DNA from: Epithemia pelagica
Lineage: Eukaryota > Protista > Bacillariophyta
Length of the DNA stretch: 64,000 nt
Direction of reading: 5' to 3'
Assembly: GCA_946965045.2 (NCBI GenBank)
Contig: OX337238.1
Location: 2,232,001 to 2,296,000, forward strand
Made by a program: the position numbers and the translations under genes. Below the pieces are notes generated by a model. The model had not been told where the DNA came from. It saw only the letters and a program-made list of their open reading frames with translations, and did no database searches. Positions 20,772-32,765 of this stretch are shown piece by piece (position 1 is the stretch's first letter; each line of letters opens with the position of its first letter).

Positions 20772-21774
20772 ACATGAAACTCCCAACAAAGTATTCCCAA
20801 AACACAATTACCTACGAACACTCCTAGCTAGTTGTTGACTCAACACTCAACACAAAACCCACAACGAGGTCGAGGTATCTGAACTGGTAACTGGATGCCT
20901 GATCATCTAAAAAAGATAATCTTCACCAGAAAATCCGAACTTTTCATCGCGTTCCATTTCGGAAATTTTAGCAGAATTCGTAGTCTACCTACCTAGATCT
21001 CATGTTCGACATCCGAACATACGAAAAGACCTTTCATCTGCGTGTTTTCTTCTGAGAACTGCGAAAACACAAGAAGATCGCTCTACTCTAGTGATTGAAT
21101 TCTTTACTCAGTCTCTCTTACCCCTATAGTTACGAACCTTGGTGGTTGTCCCACGACCCACGAGCGCTCCATTATCCGTATACTCCTAGCAACAATCAGT
21201 TCTTCAAAAAGCCATGCCTCTCTCACATGTAGTCCAACAACTCTATCGCATTTCCCACACTCTTGAGACTCGAGACCCACCTAGTCCTCTGGTATGATAT
21301 CCCAGATCACAGAGACTATTGTTGTATGGCAACAAGATATTTTTCCGCCCATTGATTTATCTTCAAGCTCAAAGCGCAAGCTTTGGTTTGCACACGATGC
21401 AATCGTGAGACCCATCGCCACGACCCAATCTCTTATCCAGAGGTGCCTCCAAGGCAAGCTCCAAAAGTGAAATCCGTGAACTATACCTCTTTTATCCCTC
21501 TACACCTCGTGAATGAGGTGATTTTCTACGGGACAATACAACTAAACACTTCATTTGCGAATCACACCGAAGGTTTAGGATCAACGCTCCATCCTTCGTT
21601 AGGTCTTGATTGTGATCTTGACCCATATCCCACCTACTAGTTAGAGGAGTAGTTTTTCGATAGCTCAGTAGCCAGATGCCGGGCCTGCGCGACTCTTTTC
21701 GAGCGACCGAACCATGACCGATGAATGAGTCGGCAACTTTTGGCCACACAGAGGTGAAAGATCGGAACGACACA

Positions 21775-22830
21775 ATGGGAAATAGGATTCGACTACAACG
21801 ACCTTGGACACGTTGGTGGTGGTTGTCCATGTTGCTTGCGTTTGCCAGGAGGAAAGCTGCAACAGTACAAGTTTCAGGATTGGCGCCCCGAACCTCGGCG
21901 CGAGCAGCGTTCCAACGGATGAGGAAGCAACACCGAACGCCGCAGACATGCTACCAACAACAACAACCACAACGCAATGCGCCTCTGGAAGGACAACAAT
22001 CCAACCTGTTTCAAGCAAACACTAGAAAAGAGCATTTACATGCTTGTTGTATGGATACTACTACCATTCAAGAGTTTCGTTCGTCGCATTTTATGTCACG
22101 ACGAAGAGCCGTTGAAAGAGGCATTGGGACGACAGTTCTTTTGGCCTGTTCCATAGTTGACGGTACGGAACCAGTCAAAGCAGCCGAACCAGCACGACAA
22201 TTGGAATTGTGTTTGGTATCTCTGTTACGAACCCTTTACTGGGCCCAAAATCTGTCGCTTCGCATGCGCACTGCACAACAAGCTGGTTCCCTACAAGGAC
22301 AACGGGAAGCCTACGTGGAGGCTCGATTAGGAGCCAAGGCTATTTTGACATCAGGAGGAAGGACACAAGGACTCTTGGGGAGTCCACCGACTCCCATGGC
22401 TGCTCAAAACTTGTACATACTTTCCACCTTGCAATTGCCAGCCTGTTTGCGTGATTTACAAACTGCCTACAATCCCAACAACAACGTCTTGTTGGAACCA
22501 CGATGTCAGGACCTCAAGGAGGCCTTGGCCAGTTTGGTGGAATTTGATGGAATGGATACCTTGCAAGATCCCTCACCCCGATCGTCCCTCACCTTGTCCC
22601 AATGGAATGATAAGAAACAAGTCTATGTCCAACGCTTGTTGGACGAACGCATTGTGTTCTTGAGTCAACAAATTCTCAATTCCTATCCATCGCAGCCAGT
22701 GGAAACGAGTCGCAATTATATACAACGATACTATCCCGATGAAGCTCCGCCGCCACCATCACCACCACCACCACGAGACGACGTGTCCCAGGATGAAGCT
22801 AGTCCTAGTAGTAGCACTGAAACAACGTAA
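21775..22830 (+). CDS. Hypothetical protein, possibly thylakoid-lumen targeted
   Basis: Long intronless ORF with a hydrophobic N-terminus, then a twin-arginine-like SRRRA, a hydrophobic stretch and VKA-AEP (AxA-type cleavage). Start uncertain. Confidence 0.55.
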   Translation: MGNRIRLQRPWTRWWWLSMLLAFARRKAATVQVSGLAPRTSARAAFQRMRKQHRTPQTCYQQQQPQRNAPLEGQQSNLFQANTRKEHLHACCMDTTTIQEFRSSHFMSRRRAVERGIGTTVLLACSIVDGTEPVKAAEPARQLELCLVSLLRTLYWAQNLSLRMRTAQQAGSLQGQREAYVEARLGAKAILTSGGRTQGLLGSPPTPMAAQNLYILSTLQLPACLRDLQTAYNPNNNVLLEPRCQDLKEALASLVEFDGMDTLQDPSPRSSLTLSQWNDKKQVYVQRLLDERIVFLSQQILNSYPSQPVETSRNYIQRYYPDEAPPPPSPPPPRDDVSQDEASPSSSTETT

Positions 22831-23155
22831 TCCATACACGACTATGCACTCGGTTTCTTTTGTGTTTGTTGTGGTTTCTCTCCCGATGCATGGTATGGCG
22901 GGTAGGAACACAACTGTTGAATGCCATTGGTATGCACACCCCGCACTCGGCTGTGCTTCGTCCAGAACCAAGACTCTTCTCTCTCGTCAGATGAGCAAGA
23001 CTGTTGTTGGGGTCCAAAGGAAAGTAAGATCCATCTGGCCGTAGAGGAACGAGTTTGTCGTGTCCCACCACTGTAGTGTGATTTCTCTCACAAAGTAGTA
23101 TCGTGACGATTTTCAACCTCTGGTACGCTAGCACCACTCGAGCGCGAGGCACCTG

Positions 23156-25012
23156 TCACGACCGCCATGGCAACCACATTCTCCACTGGCCATTTGGGTC
23201 GGATTCCTCAGCTTTCCTCCGTAGGAACTTTGCGTCGTTTCCCGACACACCATGAGTGGCAGTCGCAACCGCACAGTACAATGATGACGACGACGACAAC
23301 GAGGAAGAGGAACACCAGAGGACGGAGGGATTGCGACGGAGCAACTGATAAATGGTGGTCAACTCACAGCTGTCTTGCTGTGGTGGCTTGGACGGCCGGG
23401 CCGCTGCTGCGGCGGCCAATTGAAAGGCATACAATCCAGTCACTGGATCCACACGATTCAAGACACTGGGAGCCGCTCGACACAAATCATGAATGCCATC
23501 CATCCAACCATATCCCAAGCACAAGGCTCGATGCAAGGCAAGTTGGGAAATGTATTTCTTCTTCTTGTCGTCGTCGGCGTCGGAATCGAGTGGCAAGGAG
23601 GCAGGAATCAGAGCCGCTTGAGGGTGAATTTGCAACAAGAGCGTCAACATGGTCCAAGATTCCTCTGGATGCTGCTGTTTGGGTTGGTGGATGCGGTATG
23701 CCAAGGACAAGCGACCTCCTCCTCCTTTTCGTTTCGGTTGGTGATGTGCGGTATTGGAACAAGACGTAACCGACAACGAGTTTGGAACAACTTGTTGTTC
23801 TGGTCGTGGACGAGGAGTGTCAACAATGCGGTCCACTCCCAAGGCCACATGAAGAGGCAGACAATTGGAATGGTCCCTTTCCCAAACCTGATGTCGATAC
23901 TTGGAAAGACAATACTCGAGAATTTCGCAAGGACAACCCAGCGACCCCAACGAGACGGCCGCATGTACCACATGGAGTGCCGAGGAAATGTTGCGATTGG
24001 TATCATCATCATCATCATCATCACCATACTCCTCGTCACCCATGAAAGACAATCCCTGTCGTTGCCTTGCCATGGCATGCAACACCAAGTCCACCTTGTG
24101 CCAAAAATCAGATGTTTCTTGATTGTGAGTGTCGTGATGAGTTTCCATGACATCTTGCACAGATTCTTCTTCTGCTTTGTCTGCAGAGGTACTCATGGTT
24201 GTCGTCGTAAGCATGCTATTGTTGTTGCTGTTGTTACTCCTCTTGTTAGGGACAATGACAACTCCACTGGGTCGTCCCTCCCACAAGGCCGAAAGGACGG
24301 ACGCTCCATATTTGGTCCGTCTTAAGAGGGTTTCCGGTGCCGCCCGAATCAAGGTTTGCAAAATCGCTGGACTTGCTTGACAGGTACAAGCCATGTGCAA
24401 TGGCAAATCACCCTGTCGTCGTGATCTCCAGGTGGCGGTCGCCGGTGCCGCCTGTAACAAGGCATGAATCACGGCCACAGGTGGTTGATATTGACAACAG
24501 GCAACAAACAAGGGTGTTTCCCATGTATCGCCATCTTGATACCAGGCATCCCAGGGACAATCTTTTACGTGTTGTTGGACACGATCCCAATTCCAATCCA
24601 AGACCAAATCGTACAATTCACAACTTGGAGAAGCACAAGAAGAAGAAGAACCTGTGGTGGAATCCTCTCGAAAGCCCAAAATGTCGGTGCGACCACCAAC
24701 CTTGAGAACAAAGGAAGGAATCCAGCCTTCCATACGAAGTAACCTGATTGAACGGGCGACTGCTTCACACCAGACTCTCCACATAACCTTCCAATCACTA
24801 ACCGACGGAACGGAGAGGGCATTCATGGTGGCCTGGCAAGAACCTGCCACCAAACCCAAAAACCGAGCTACAATTATTGGATTGAATCGCACAATCACAT
24901 CGTCTTCTTGTTGATCCGGTAGATCTTTTTTGGTTCGACCATCAGCAACCAATGGGAAGAACCACTCCATGACCGATTGGATCCAGGGCATGGTGGTTGT
25001 GGTTGGCATCAT
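23156..25012 (-). CDS. Ankyrin-repeat-like protein (diatom-expanded type)
   Basis: 618-aa ORF with ETPLFVAC, DLPLHMAC, CLPLHVAL, LALHRAL and a terminal DPVTGLYAFQLAA...ELTTIYQLLR.NP motif. Confidence 0.75.
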   Translation of the reverse strand: MMPTTTTMPWIQSVMEWFFPLVADGRTKKDLPDQQEDDVIVRFNPIIVARFLGLVAGSCQATMNALSVPSVSDWKVMWRVWCEAVARSIRLLRMEGWIPSFVLKVGGRTDILGFREDSTTGSSSSCASPSCELYDLVLDWNWDRVQQHVKDCPWDAWYQDGDTWETPLFVACCQYQPPVAVIHALLQAAPATATWRSRRQGDLPLHMACTCQASPAILQTLIRAAPETLLRRTKYGASVLSALWEGRPSGVVIVPNKRSNNSNNNSMLTTTTMSTSADKAEEESVQDVMETHHDTHNQETSDFWHKVDLVLHAMARQRQGLSFMGDEEYGDDDDDDDTNRNISSALHVVHAAVSLGSLGCPCEILEYCLSKYRHQVWERDHSNCLPLHVALGVDRIVDTPRPRPEQQVVPNSLSVTSCSNTAHHQPKRKGGGGRLSLAYRIHQPKQQHPEESWTMLTLLLQIHPQAALIPASLPLDSDADDDKKKKYISQLALHRALCLGYGWMDGIHDLCRAAPSVLNRVDPVTGLYAFQLAAAAAARPSKPPQQDSCELTTIYQLLRRNPSVLWCSSSSLSSSSSLYCAVATATHGVSGNDAKFLRRKAEESDPNGQWRMWLPWRS

Positions 25013-25349
25013 CCTTTTGGCGCAAAACGAAGAACATGCGAGGTTGGTGGCATAGTCATGTCATTGACATTTTTTCAAAAGAGGCCATTTATTTTTCCAT
25101 TGAAATTTCTCATCAAGCATCATACTCTCAAGCGTGAAAATCAACTCGTGAATAAAAAGGTTGAATAGTCAGTTCATTTATGTTCTTCATTCACGAATAG
25201 AATCAGCTGGGACATATCTCTATTGTAAGCTTCTACAATAAGGTTAACCTTACTTCCCTGTGATGGCTACTTTTTATCCTACAGTAAAATGTCACAGAAA
25301 AAAATGAGGCGTTGTTGTGTTTGTCGTATCACCATGATCGAGAATTTCG

Positions 25350-26186
25350 ATGTACGCGATGACGATGATGATGATGAAACAATTCTTGTTCCTGTTTGGT
25401 AGCAGTAGGATCGTCTCTGGATTCCCTCTCTGGCCTCTCCCCAGGACGTTGTACGGCGAGACAGAGGTCCAATCCTCGCCAAGAAACCATTTCTCCTTGC
25501 AAGCGTCCTCCTCCTCCATGGAATACCCCGATGAAAACGACCGAGTCTCGGCCAGTGTGGTGTATTTTGACATTCAAGTGGCCCAACAAGATCTTGGTCG
25601 ACTCGTGTTTGAGTTGGCCAATCCTTCACCCTTGCCGTTGCATACGGAAAATATCATTCAATTGGCCAAGGGATCACGACGGGGCGTGGATCCCCTCGCG
25701 CACTATGTCGGTTGCGAATTTGACTATTCACCCTTGACGGTGGAAGACGGCTTGGTTGGTCGGTATCGATGGAGTCATCAATTGCGTGGTCGGGGACGCA
25801 ATGGCATTGGCCGAGCCGATCAACCCATTGTGGAGGCGGACAATCAACGACGCAACACTCATTCCTGTTTTGGAGGCCAATACTACGGCGTATCCACCAC
25901 GACCTACACGGACAAGGATGACGAGCTTCGAGTGGATGGTGAAGAGGCAGATCCTCTGGTCTTGTTGACGGTGCCCATTTTGGGACCGGGTCAAGGTATG
26001 AGCAAATTCAGTATCGTTCGAGTGGGTGAATCTCCCAAGGAATGGGGCGATCGATTGCTCTTGAATTCGGGCGTGATTGGCAAATTACAACCCTCGTCAT
26101 TGCCAGTCTTGCATGCCATGGCCCGACAGCGGCAAGGACCTCCCACCGTTGTGGGAGCAGGAGTACTCGATAATTCTGGGGAATGA
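25350..26186 (+). CDS. Divergent cyclophilin-like protein, probably plastid-targeted
   Basis: Signal-like N-terminus ending VSG-F. Cyclophilin first strands VYFDIQVAQQDLGRLVFEL...ENIIQLAKG. The rest is divergent. Confidence 0.65.
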   Translation: MYAMTMMMMKQFLFLFGSSRIVSGFPLWPLPRTLYGETEVQSSPRNHFSLQASSSSMEYPDENDRVSASVVYFDIQVAQQDLGRLVFELANPSPLPLHTENIIQLAKGSRRGVDPLAHYVGCEFDYSPLTVEDGLVGRYRWSHQLRGRGRNGIGRADQPIVEADNQRRNTHSCFGGQYYGVSTTTYTDKDDELRVDGEEADPLVLLTVPILGPGQGMSKFSIVRVGESPKEWGDRLLLNSGVIGKLQPSSLPVLHAMARQRQGPPTVVGAGVLDNSGE

Positions 26187-26536
26187 AAACCACAAACGAC
26201 GACGACGATAACAAGAAGAAGAAGAAGACAATCAGTCAATCCATGAAACCACTCGAGCAACAACTTGGATCATTTTCTCTTTTCGAGTAAACACACACGA
26301 GCCACGTTATTGCTCCCCCTGTATCGTACGCAACTGTGATGAACTTTCAAAGCAGTGCCAAACGGTGTGAATATAGTCACCTCTATGGAAAAAGATTCAA
26401 TCGCTTTCGTATGTCTTTTTTACCTAGTTATAAATGTTTTCTTAACGCAATGATTCAAAGGTCATGGTTTTGTGCATTGGTTTTGGTAGGCATTCCCCCA
26501 CATTCTCTCGTGTCCACACTGGGTGTGACTGTTGGT

Positions 26537-27973
26537 TTACGCCACATGATAGACGTCGCCTTCCATCAAAGACTTGAGGTACTTGACTTCGGCCTCGTCA
26601 TTTTCCTTGAGGGCCGATGTGACAATCATAAAGTCCAACAAATCGTCCAAATCGGTCTCGGCCAATTTGGCAAATTGGACAATAAAGAGGACAAATTCTT
26701 GGCAGTTCAATTTCTGATCTCGATCCACATCAAACGCATCCATGAGCTCAATCGCTTCGTTCACAGTCGACTTCATGCTACTGGTTTCTTCAAATTTGCT
26801 GTACCAAAGAGAAGGGAACCAACAAACAACACGTCAGATCAAGCACTGCACAAAACAACGATCCACAAACAAACAATGTTTCTCAGTGTTGACGTACCGC
26901 AAGCCCAAAATCATTTCATCGAGACTGACCGCACCATCATTGTCCAAATCCCACAAGATAAAGAGTTTTTGACAACGTGCCAATTGCGACTTGGCGACAC
27001 TTTCATTGTGTTTTTCCACCGCTTCTTGGAGATCCAACACTTCTTGCACGGTTTCTTCCAACATTAAAATGGCCAAGAGTTCGTCCGTGGTAATAGTCAC
27101 GGGTTCACTGGCCGCCTTGGTCATGGCGTCGGCCACGTCGTCAAATTCAATATGTTCGGGCGAGGCGGCGACAATGTTAATGATAAATTTGGCAAACTGT
27201 TCGTAATCCAAACTACGAGAATGGTTCTCGTCAAACAAGAAGAGGGCCACCATGGCAGCCTTGCTGGAATCTTCCAAATCTTCCGACAAGCGGTACATGC
27301 CCATGACGACTTCTTTAAAGTCCACGGAACCATTGCCGTCCGTGTCAAACAAATCAAACAAGGCCTTCATGCGTTTGTCCACCAAAATCTTGCGCGATTT
27401 CTCCTCTTCCTTGACGACGGCCGTCATGTCTTCCGAGACAATGGCACCAGCCACATTTTCTTCAAAGGTGTTGCCCGTCTTGGAGAAAATGACGGCCATG
27501 ACCATCATTTCCGAAACTTCGTGAAAGGTCGTTCCCAAAGCTTCCGCCAAGGTTTCGGCCATGCTCTTAAAGTCCGTCTTGTTCAATTTGCCGCTGCCCT
27601 CCTTGTCAAAGGTGGCAATCCGATCAATGGCCAACACCAAGGATTCTTCAAAGTTGACATCGCCTCGAATTTTGCGCATTCCATCGGCCAACTCGGTCGC
27701 ATCGACGGCACCGTCACCATCCTTGTCCAACAATTCAAACAAGGTGTCGAGTTTCTCATCGTCACTCATGTCCGCCAATTCATCGAGCAGGGCTCGTTCG
27801 GCCACCAAACTCATAATGGTAAAGTCCAAGACAGCTCGGGTAAACTTGACATACTGACTGGCATCCTTGGCCTTGCCCGACTGCTTGAAACTGCCACTCA
27901 GTTGCGCCGCATGGCGAATTTTGGAATTTTTCATGGCGGCATCCTTCTTGCTTTGCGTTTCTTCCGACGACAT
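26537..27973 (-). CDS. Multi-EF-hand calcium-binding protein (6 EF loops); exons 27973-26898 and 26798-26537
   Basis: Loops DKDGDGAVDATE, DKEGSGKLNKTD, DTDGNGSVDFKE, DENHSRSLDYEQ, DLDNDGAVSLDE, DVDRDQKLNCQE. A 99-nt GT-AG intron joins the two ORFs in frame. Confidence 0.88.
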
Positions 27974-28599
27974 GGTTTTCTGTTTGAGGGATCGTTTGTA
28001 CTAGTAGTCTTGGGCGTTTATGTTGTCTCCGGCTGTTTCTTCTTGAAAGGTTTGACACGTCTTCTCTTCTCGTCGTGACAACACCACAAGTGGGTCTTTT
28101 TGTAAGCTTCGCGTCGTTTTTGCTCTTGGAAAGCGTATCTTTTTCGACATGAATCCTGTGTTCGCTTCTTCTTCTCGAATCTCCTCACCCAACCTTGGTA
28201 CAGTTCTCGCGATAGTCAAAAGATACGGTTTGCCAGCTCAGCACAAATTTGGCGGTCCCACAGGAAAGCAGCCCGAGTTTCGCATCAAAATCCCAAACCA
28301 TGAACCCATGGCCCCTACTAATACTAAGGGCATTCGGAAAAATGGGATGGAACAATGGCATACTATACTCTATGTCAGGTTCTTGTGCCGGATCCGAGCC
28401 CCCTGGCGGCTTTTCGTTGGCCCTTTTGATGCTGCTTGGACGTGCACCTTCGCCTCTCGTCGTTGGGCATAAAACGACGACTATATATCTGCAAGACACT
28501 CTCCCATACTATGGATACACAAAACAAAGAAAGTTGCAACGCTTCATTCTATTGATCATTTCTGTTTTAGAAAATTGTCGATTCTTCTATGCGATTCTT

Positions 28600-30024
28600 C
28601 TATGATTCGCTGGGTAACACGGGCATGGCCACGGCGGAAAGACTACTGTCTTTTTGGAGAGCCTCCAACAAGGATTGAACTTGACTGTAGGAGCATTCCT
28701 CGGTTATCCACGCACAGGTTCCTTCAGTTCCGGCCGAGGATGGCAGTGGACCTGCAGTCGCCAGGGGGACCCCACACTCGTTACAGTGGGTCTCGACTAC
28801 CGTCGGTTCCGTCGTTGCGACACGGATATAAAAGGCACTCCGAAATTCACTCGTGCTCTCCAACGTCGTTTGGTGCGGAAAGGGATCGCAACTGGAATCA
28901 AAGACACTGTTGGCAATTCTCCAAATGTCGGCCACTACCGAATTGGCGGTGGGGAAGCGTCCTGCTCCGGGACCGGTATACAAACAGGGTCCCATATTCT
29001 GGGACGTTACCGCCACGGCATTGCCACTGCCGCGCACCGAGGCCAAGAAATGTGTCTGGGGTACCAAGGCCGGCAAGACATGAATGGACACCTTCTTCTT
29101 CTTGTTCGTGTCGCTTTCGTCGTCGTCACTACACGAGGCGGTGCCCAAGAGTTTAATCGTACAGGATTGGGCCTTGGCGTAGGCAAAGTCCGCGGCGGTA
29201 ATTTGGGAAATGCCCACACACGCCATGCTATCGGGAACAATGGTGGTACCAAAGGCCAGTTTGGCCAAGAGAGCTAATTTGGCTCGGACGTCATGTCCTT
29301 CGACATCGGCTGTGGGATCGGCTTCGGCATAGCCCAAGTCTTGAGCTTCCTTCAAGACAGCCATGTAGTCGGCCCCCGCTTCCATTTTGGTCAACATAAA
29401 GTTGGTCGTTCCATTGGCAATCCCTTGGAGTTGGGTAATGGTATCGGGTGTATAGGCAGTTTGTAGGGCATTGATAATGGGAATACCTCCACAGACGGCT
29501 GCTTCATAGAGCAATGGTTTCTTGGCCGCCAAGGCAGCCTGCCGCAATTCGTCCAAATGCTCGGCCAAGAGGGCCTTGTTGGCCGTCACGACGGATTTGC
29601 CCTTTTGCAAGGCCTCCAAGACAACCGTTTTGGCCAATCCGGTACCACCCATGACTTCGACAACACAGTCAATCGATTCATTGTCCAAAATATCTTGGGG
29701 GTTGGTCGTAAACAAGGTGGCCGGAGCCGCAAAGTCGCGTGGTTTGGTCAAGGAACGGACGCATATTTTTTCAATGGCCACCTTGGACGAGGCCGATTTT
29801 AACAATTCATAGACGCCTCCTCCTGTAAAAAAAGTTTTTGCCATGGCAAAAGAGAACGACGGTTGTCAGCGAATGGATACTGTATGTAGTCGAAAATAGG
29901 AGCCAGCAAAACACAACACGCACTATCCTACAAAATACAAAAGGAACAAACAACTACCAGAGGCTCACGCACCGACAGTTCCTCCTCCAAAAATTCCAAT
30001 TTTGAGCAACGGGGAGGATGCCAT
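28600..30024 (-). CDS. HOM6: Monofunctional homoserine dehydrogenase; exons 30024-29973 and 29822-28600
   Basis: Splicing restores the NAD-binding motif KIGIFGGGTVGGGVYEL. Also VVTANKA, YEAAVCGGIP, NGTTNFML, GYAEADPT.DVEG.D and GPGAGRFPTANSV. Confidence 0.93.
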
Positions 30025-30806
30025 GGTTAATTGCAGTAACTCTGTGAATTCTTTGACAGTCTGAAACAGAAAAGAGAAACAATGGGAAAGGGGCAGCAAA
30101 GATACGGTAGAAGATACACCGTTTTGCTATTCTTTGAGGGGCTAGCACGACGGACAGACGATGGCTGTGGCGTACGGCTAGTGTTGGTAGCTGATCATAG
30201 GCCTACAAATTCCAATTGGCTTCTCAAAGGAATCTATCGATTTGGATGAGGTTGAAAGAAGGTTAGTCAAAACCGTTGTTGATTTAACTAAATTGATTCC
30301 CGACAGAGCACTTTACCGCTAGCGACCATGGACTTGTACGTAGATAACAGGTCTAATAGGATCAGGAGGACGGGTTACAGAAGAAAGCCGCCTAAGAAAG
30401 TTGAATTGACTAAAACAGAACGATGCGTTCGTACCATTGTGGAAAGTCCAGGGTCTAAGCGATTCAAGCTTTGGTGAAGGAATAAACCTTTTGAGACGCC
30501 CGTCAAACCTTCTCATTTTGTGGAGTCTACCTTTATACATGTCTATTTTCTCAATCATAAAATGGACAAGAAATGGCGACAGTGTAGATCCACAAACCAC
30601 AAATGAATCCTACGTCCTTGAATTTTGGGACACATCTCTTCTCTTTTGTTTCTTTTTCGTCAAGTTCCAAGTTTAAAAAAGCCTCCACCTAGCTCATGAA
30701 TCTTGTTGGCAATGATGACCACCACCGCCCACACCCCCAACAACGACAAGAAACGGCATTGTATGCAATGAGTGTATTGAGTATAGAGTATTGGGTGGAT
30801 GAAGTT

Positions 30807-32765
30807 TTACTCGGTATTTTTCTGAACGACGTCGCCAAAACATGATACCGCGTTGGTTTGTGTGGGACAGCTGTCGTCGTCTCGACAGCGTCGCTTGAAA
30901 ATTTCCATATACGATTTCAGAACAGGATCCTCCTCTGTCTCTTCGTTTGTTTCATCGTCTGACGTTACGCTCCAACCCGAATCAGAAGTTTGATCATCGT
31001 ATTCGACCAAGTCGGCGAGATCAAACAAAACTACGTGTTCTTGGAACATGCCCACATGGCGCCAACGAACATCACATTGCTGGTACTTTTTGCCAGTTTT
31101 CTCCCTCATGTTTTTAATACCGGCTTCAACTTCATTCAATCTCTTTTCACGATCATTTTTCGGAATAGGTACGAAAATCGGCATGACCACTGCATAGAGA
31201 CTGCACATCTTGACGACGTCAACTTTTCCTTTCAAAAATTCGTAGCACTTAAACATATTGTCCTTCTCTTGCGTACATGCCTTTTCTGCTTCCTTTTCCA
31301 ATTCATCGTTCACAAAGACTTTCATCGCAACGAGATTTCCCGAGTCATCAAGTGCCTGGAAAACATTGGAACTGTTACCCTGACCGAGGTTTCCAACTAT
31401 ATAAAAGGCCCTATATGAGATGTTCTGGTGGTCCCGTCTGCAATAGAACGTGGATTCGACTTTCTTCCTTGCTCTTCGATAGACTTGCCGATTGTCGCCT
31501 CCAATTCACCCCACTCACACCGATCCGTGTTGTTACAAACTTGAAGTGCTCTCGAGAACAAGTAACTGACACCATCATGGAGATTACAGGTCTGCTTCTG
31601 GAAGGCTCTGAAGGCTTCCTTTGAAATTTTTAGAACAGTGTAGACAAGCTTCACCAGCTCGTGAGCCTTGTAATCCTTTTCGGAAACGTAGAGTACTCGC
31701 CCAGATGCGTTCTTCGTGAAACTTCCCCATTGATCGCCCCCCTGGCTTTTTGGCTTGGTAGGTGAGAGAGTCTGACCATCAGAGCCTGAATCATCGACCA
31801 AGGTTGGAGAGTCAGAATCTTTTTTGACTGTGTAAAAAATCGAAGGAGATTTCATTTGGGGTGGAGACTGTGATTGTGACATCAGCGTGGATGCTGAAGT
31901 CACAGTCTCCGCCCCAAATGAAATCTTTTTGTCATTTCCTACGTCGTTTTCGGTAAAACCTGAACCATGCTCAAGTTTCATTGCCGCGTCGCCGTTCTTG
32001 ACGGATCGAGTCAAATCTTCCGCCTTGAGAGAGCCGAGAAAAGACTCCTCAAAGGACGTCACCAACACCATATCGGTTGCGACGTTGAAAGCTTTCATTG
32101 CCATAGCATGATCAAATGCATGCCCTACGACACTCGTATAACTTCTCAACTCTTTCTTTGACGGCTGTTTGACCTCGATAGCAATCAACCCGACGTTGTC
32201 CCGACCACGGACTATCATGATGTCAGGGTGGCATCCAAAAAGGGTCCGTTCAAAATTTATTACAAGCTCCTCTCTTTCGAAAACCCTTTCCATTGCAAGT
32301 ATTTCAATGGCGTCAACAACAGCCAGCGAGGTGATGTTGCGGATGCCACCTAGGTAAGGTATGCGCGTTCTCATTGGAAAGCCTTTGCGGAAATCCCAGA
32401 AATGGTTGATAAGAGCCGACGAGAATTCCCAATAATCATCAAAATTTTCCTTCTCTAATTTCAGAACATCAGGAATCGATAGGTCGAATGTGTCAATTGA
32501 TTTTGACGTTGCTGTCCGCGGTGTAGCTAAAATTACTCTTCGAGACCAAACGAAAGTCCCCTGGTTGTGCATCCATCAAGGAAGCAAGGCCTCTGAACAT
32601 ACGTATTTCATATGCTTTTCGCATCCGCTTTTCATCGATATCTGACATGTCATCCTCTTTCCGTCTCTTTCTGGAAGGCTGCAATGTTCGATCAGTGGAA
32701 TCAGTGTTTTCCGTCAAGCGGCGTGGTACATTAAAAAGATGTTGTGAGGGATTTAATTTGTTCAC
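30807..32765 (-). pseudogene. Crinkler-type PD-(D/E)xK nuclease + protein-kinase-like fusion, broken by two compensating frameshifts
   Basis: Three overlapping ORFs; the first and third share a frame. Nuclease FER...HPDIMIV...AIEVKQP. Kinase LGQGNSSNVF...VAMKVF (read in the frame upstream of 31325), CDVRWRHVG and VLFDLAD. Confidence 0.75.
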
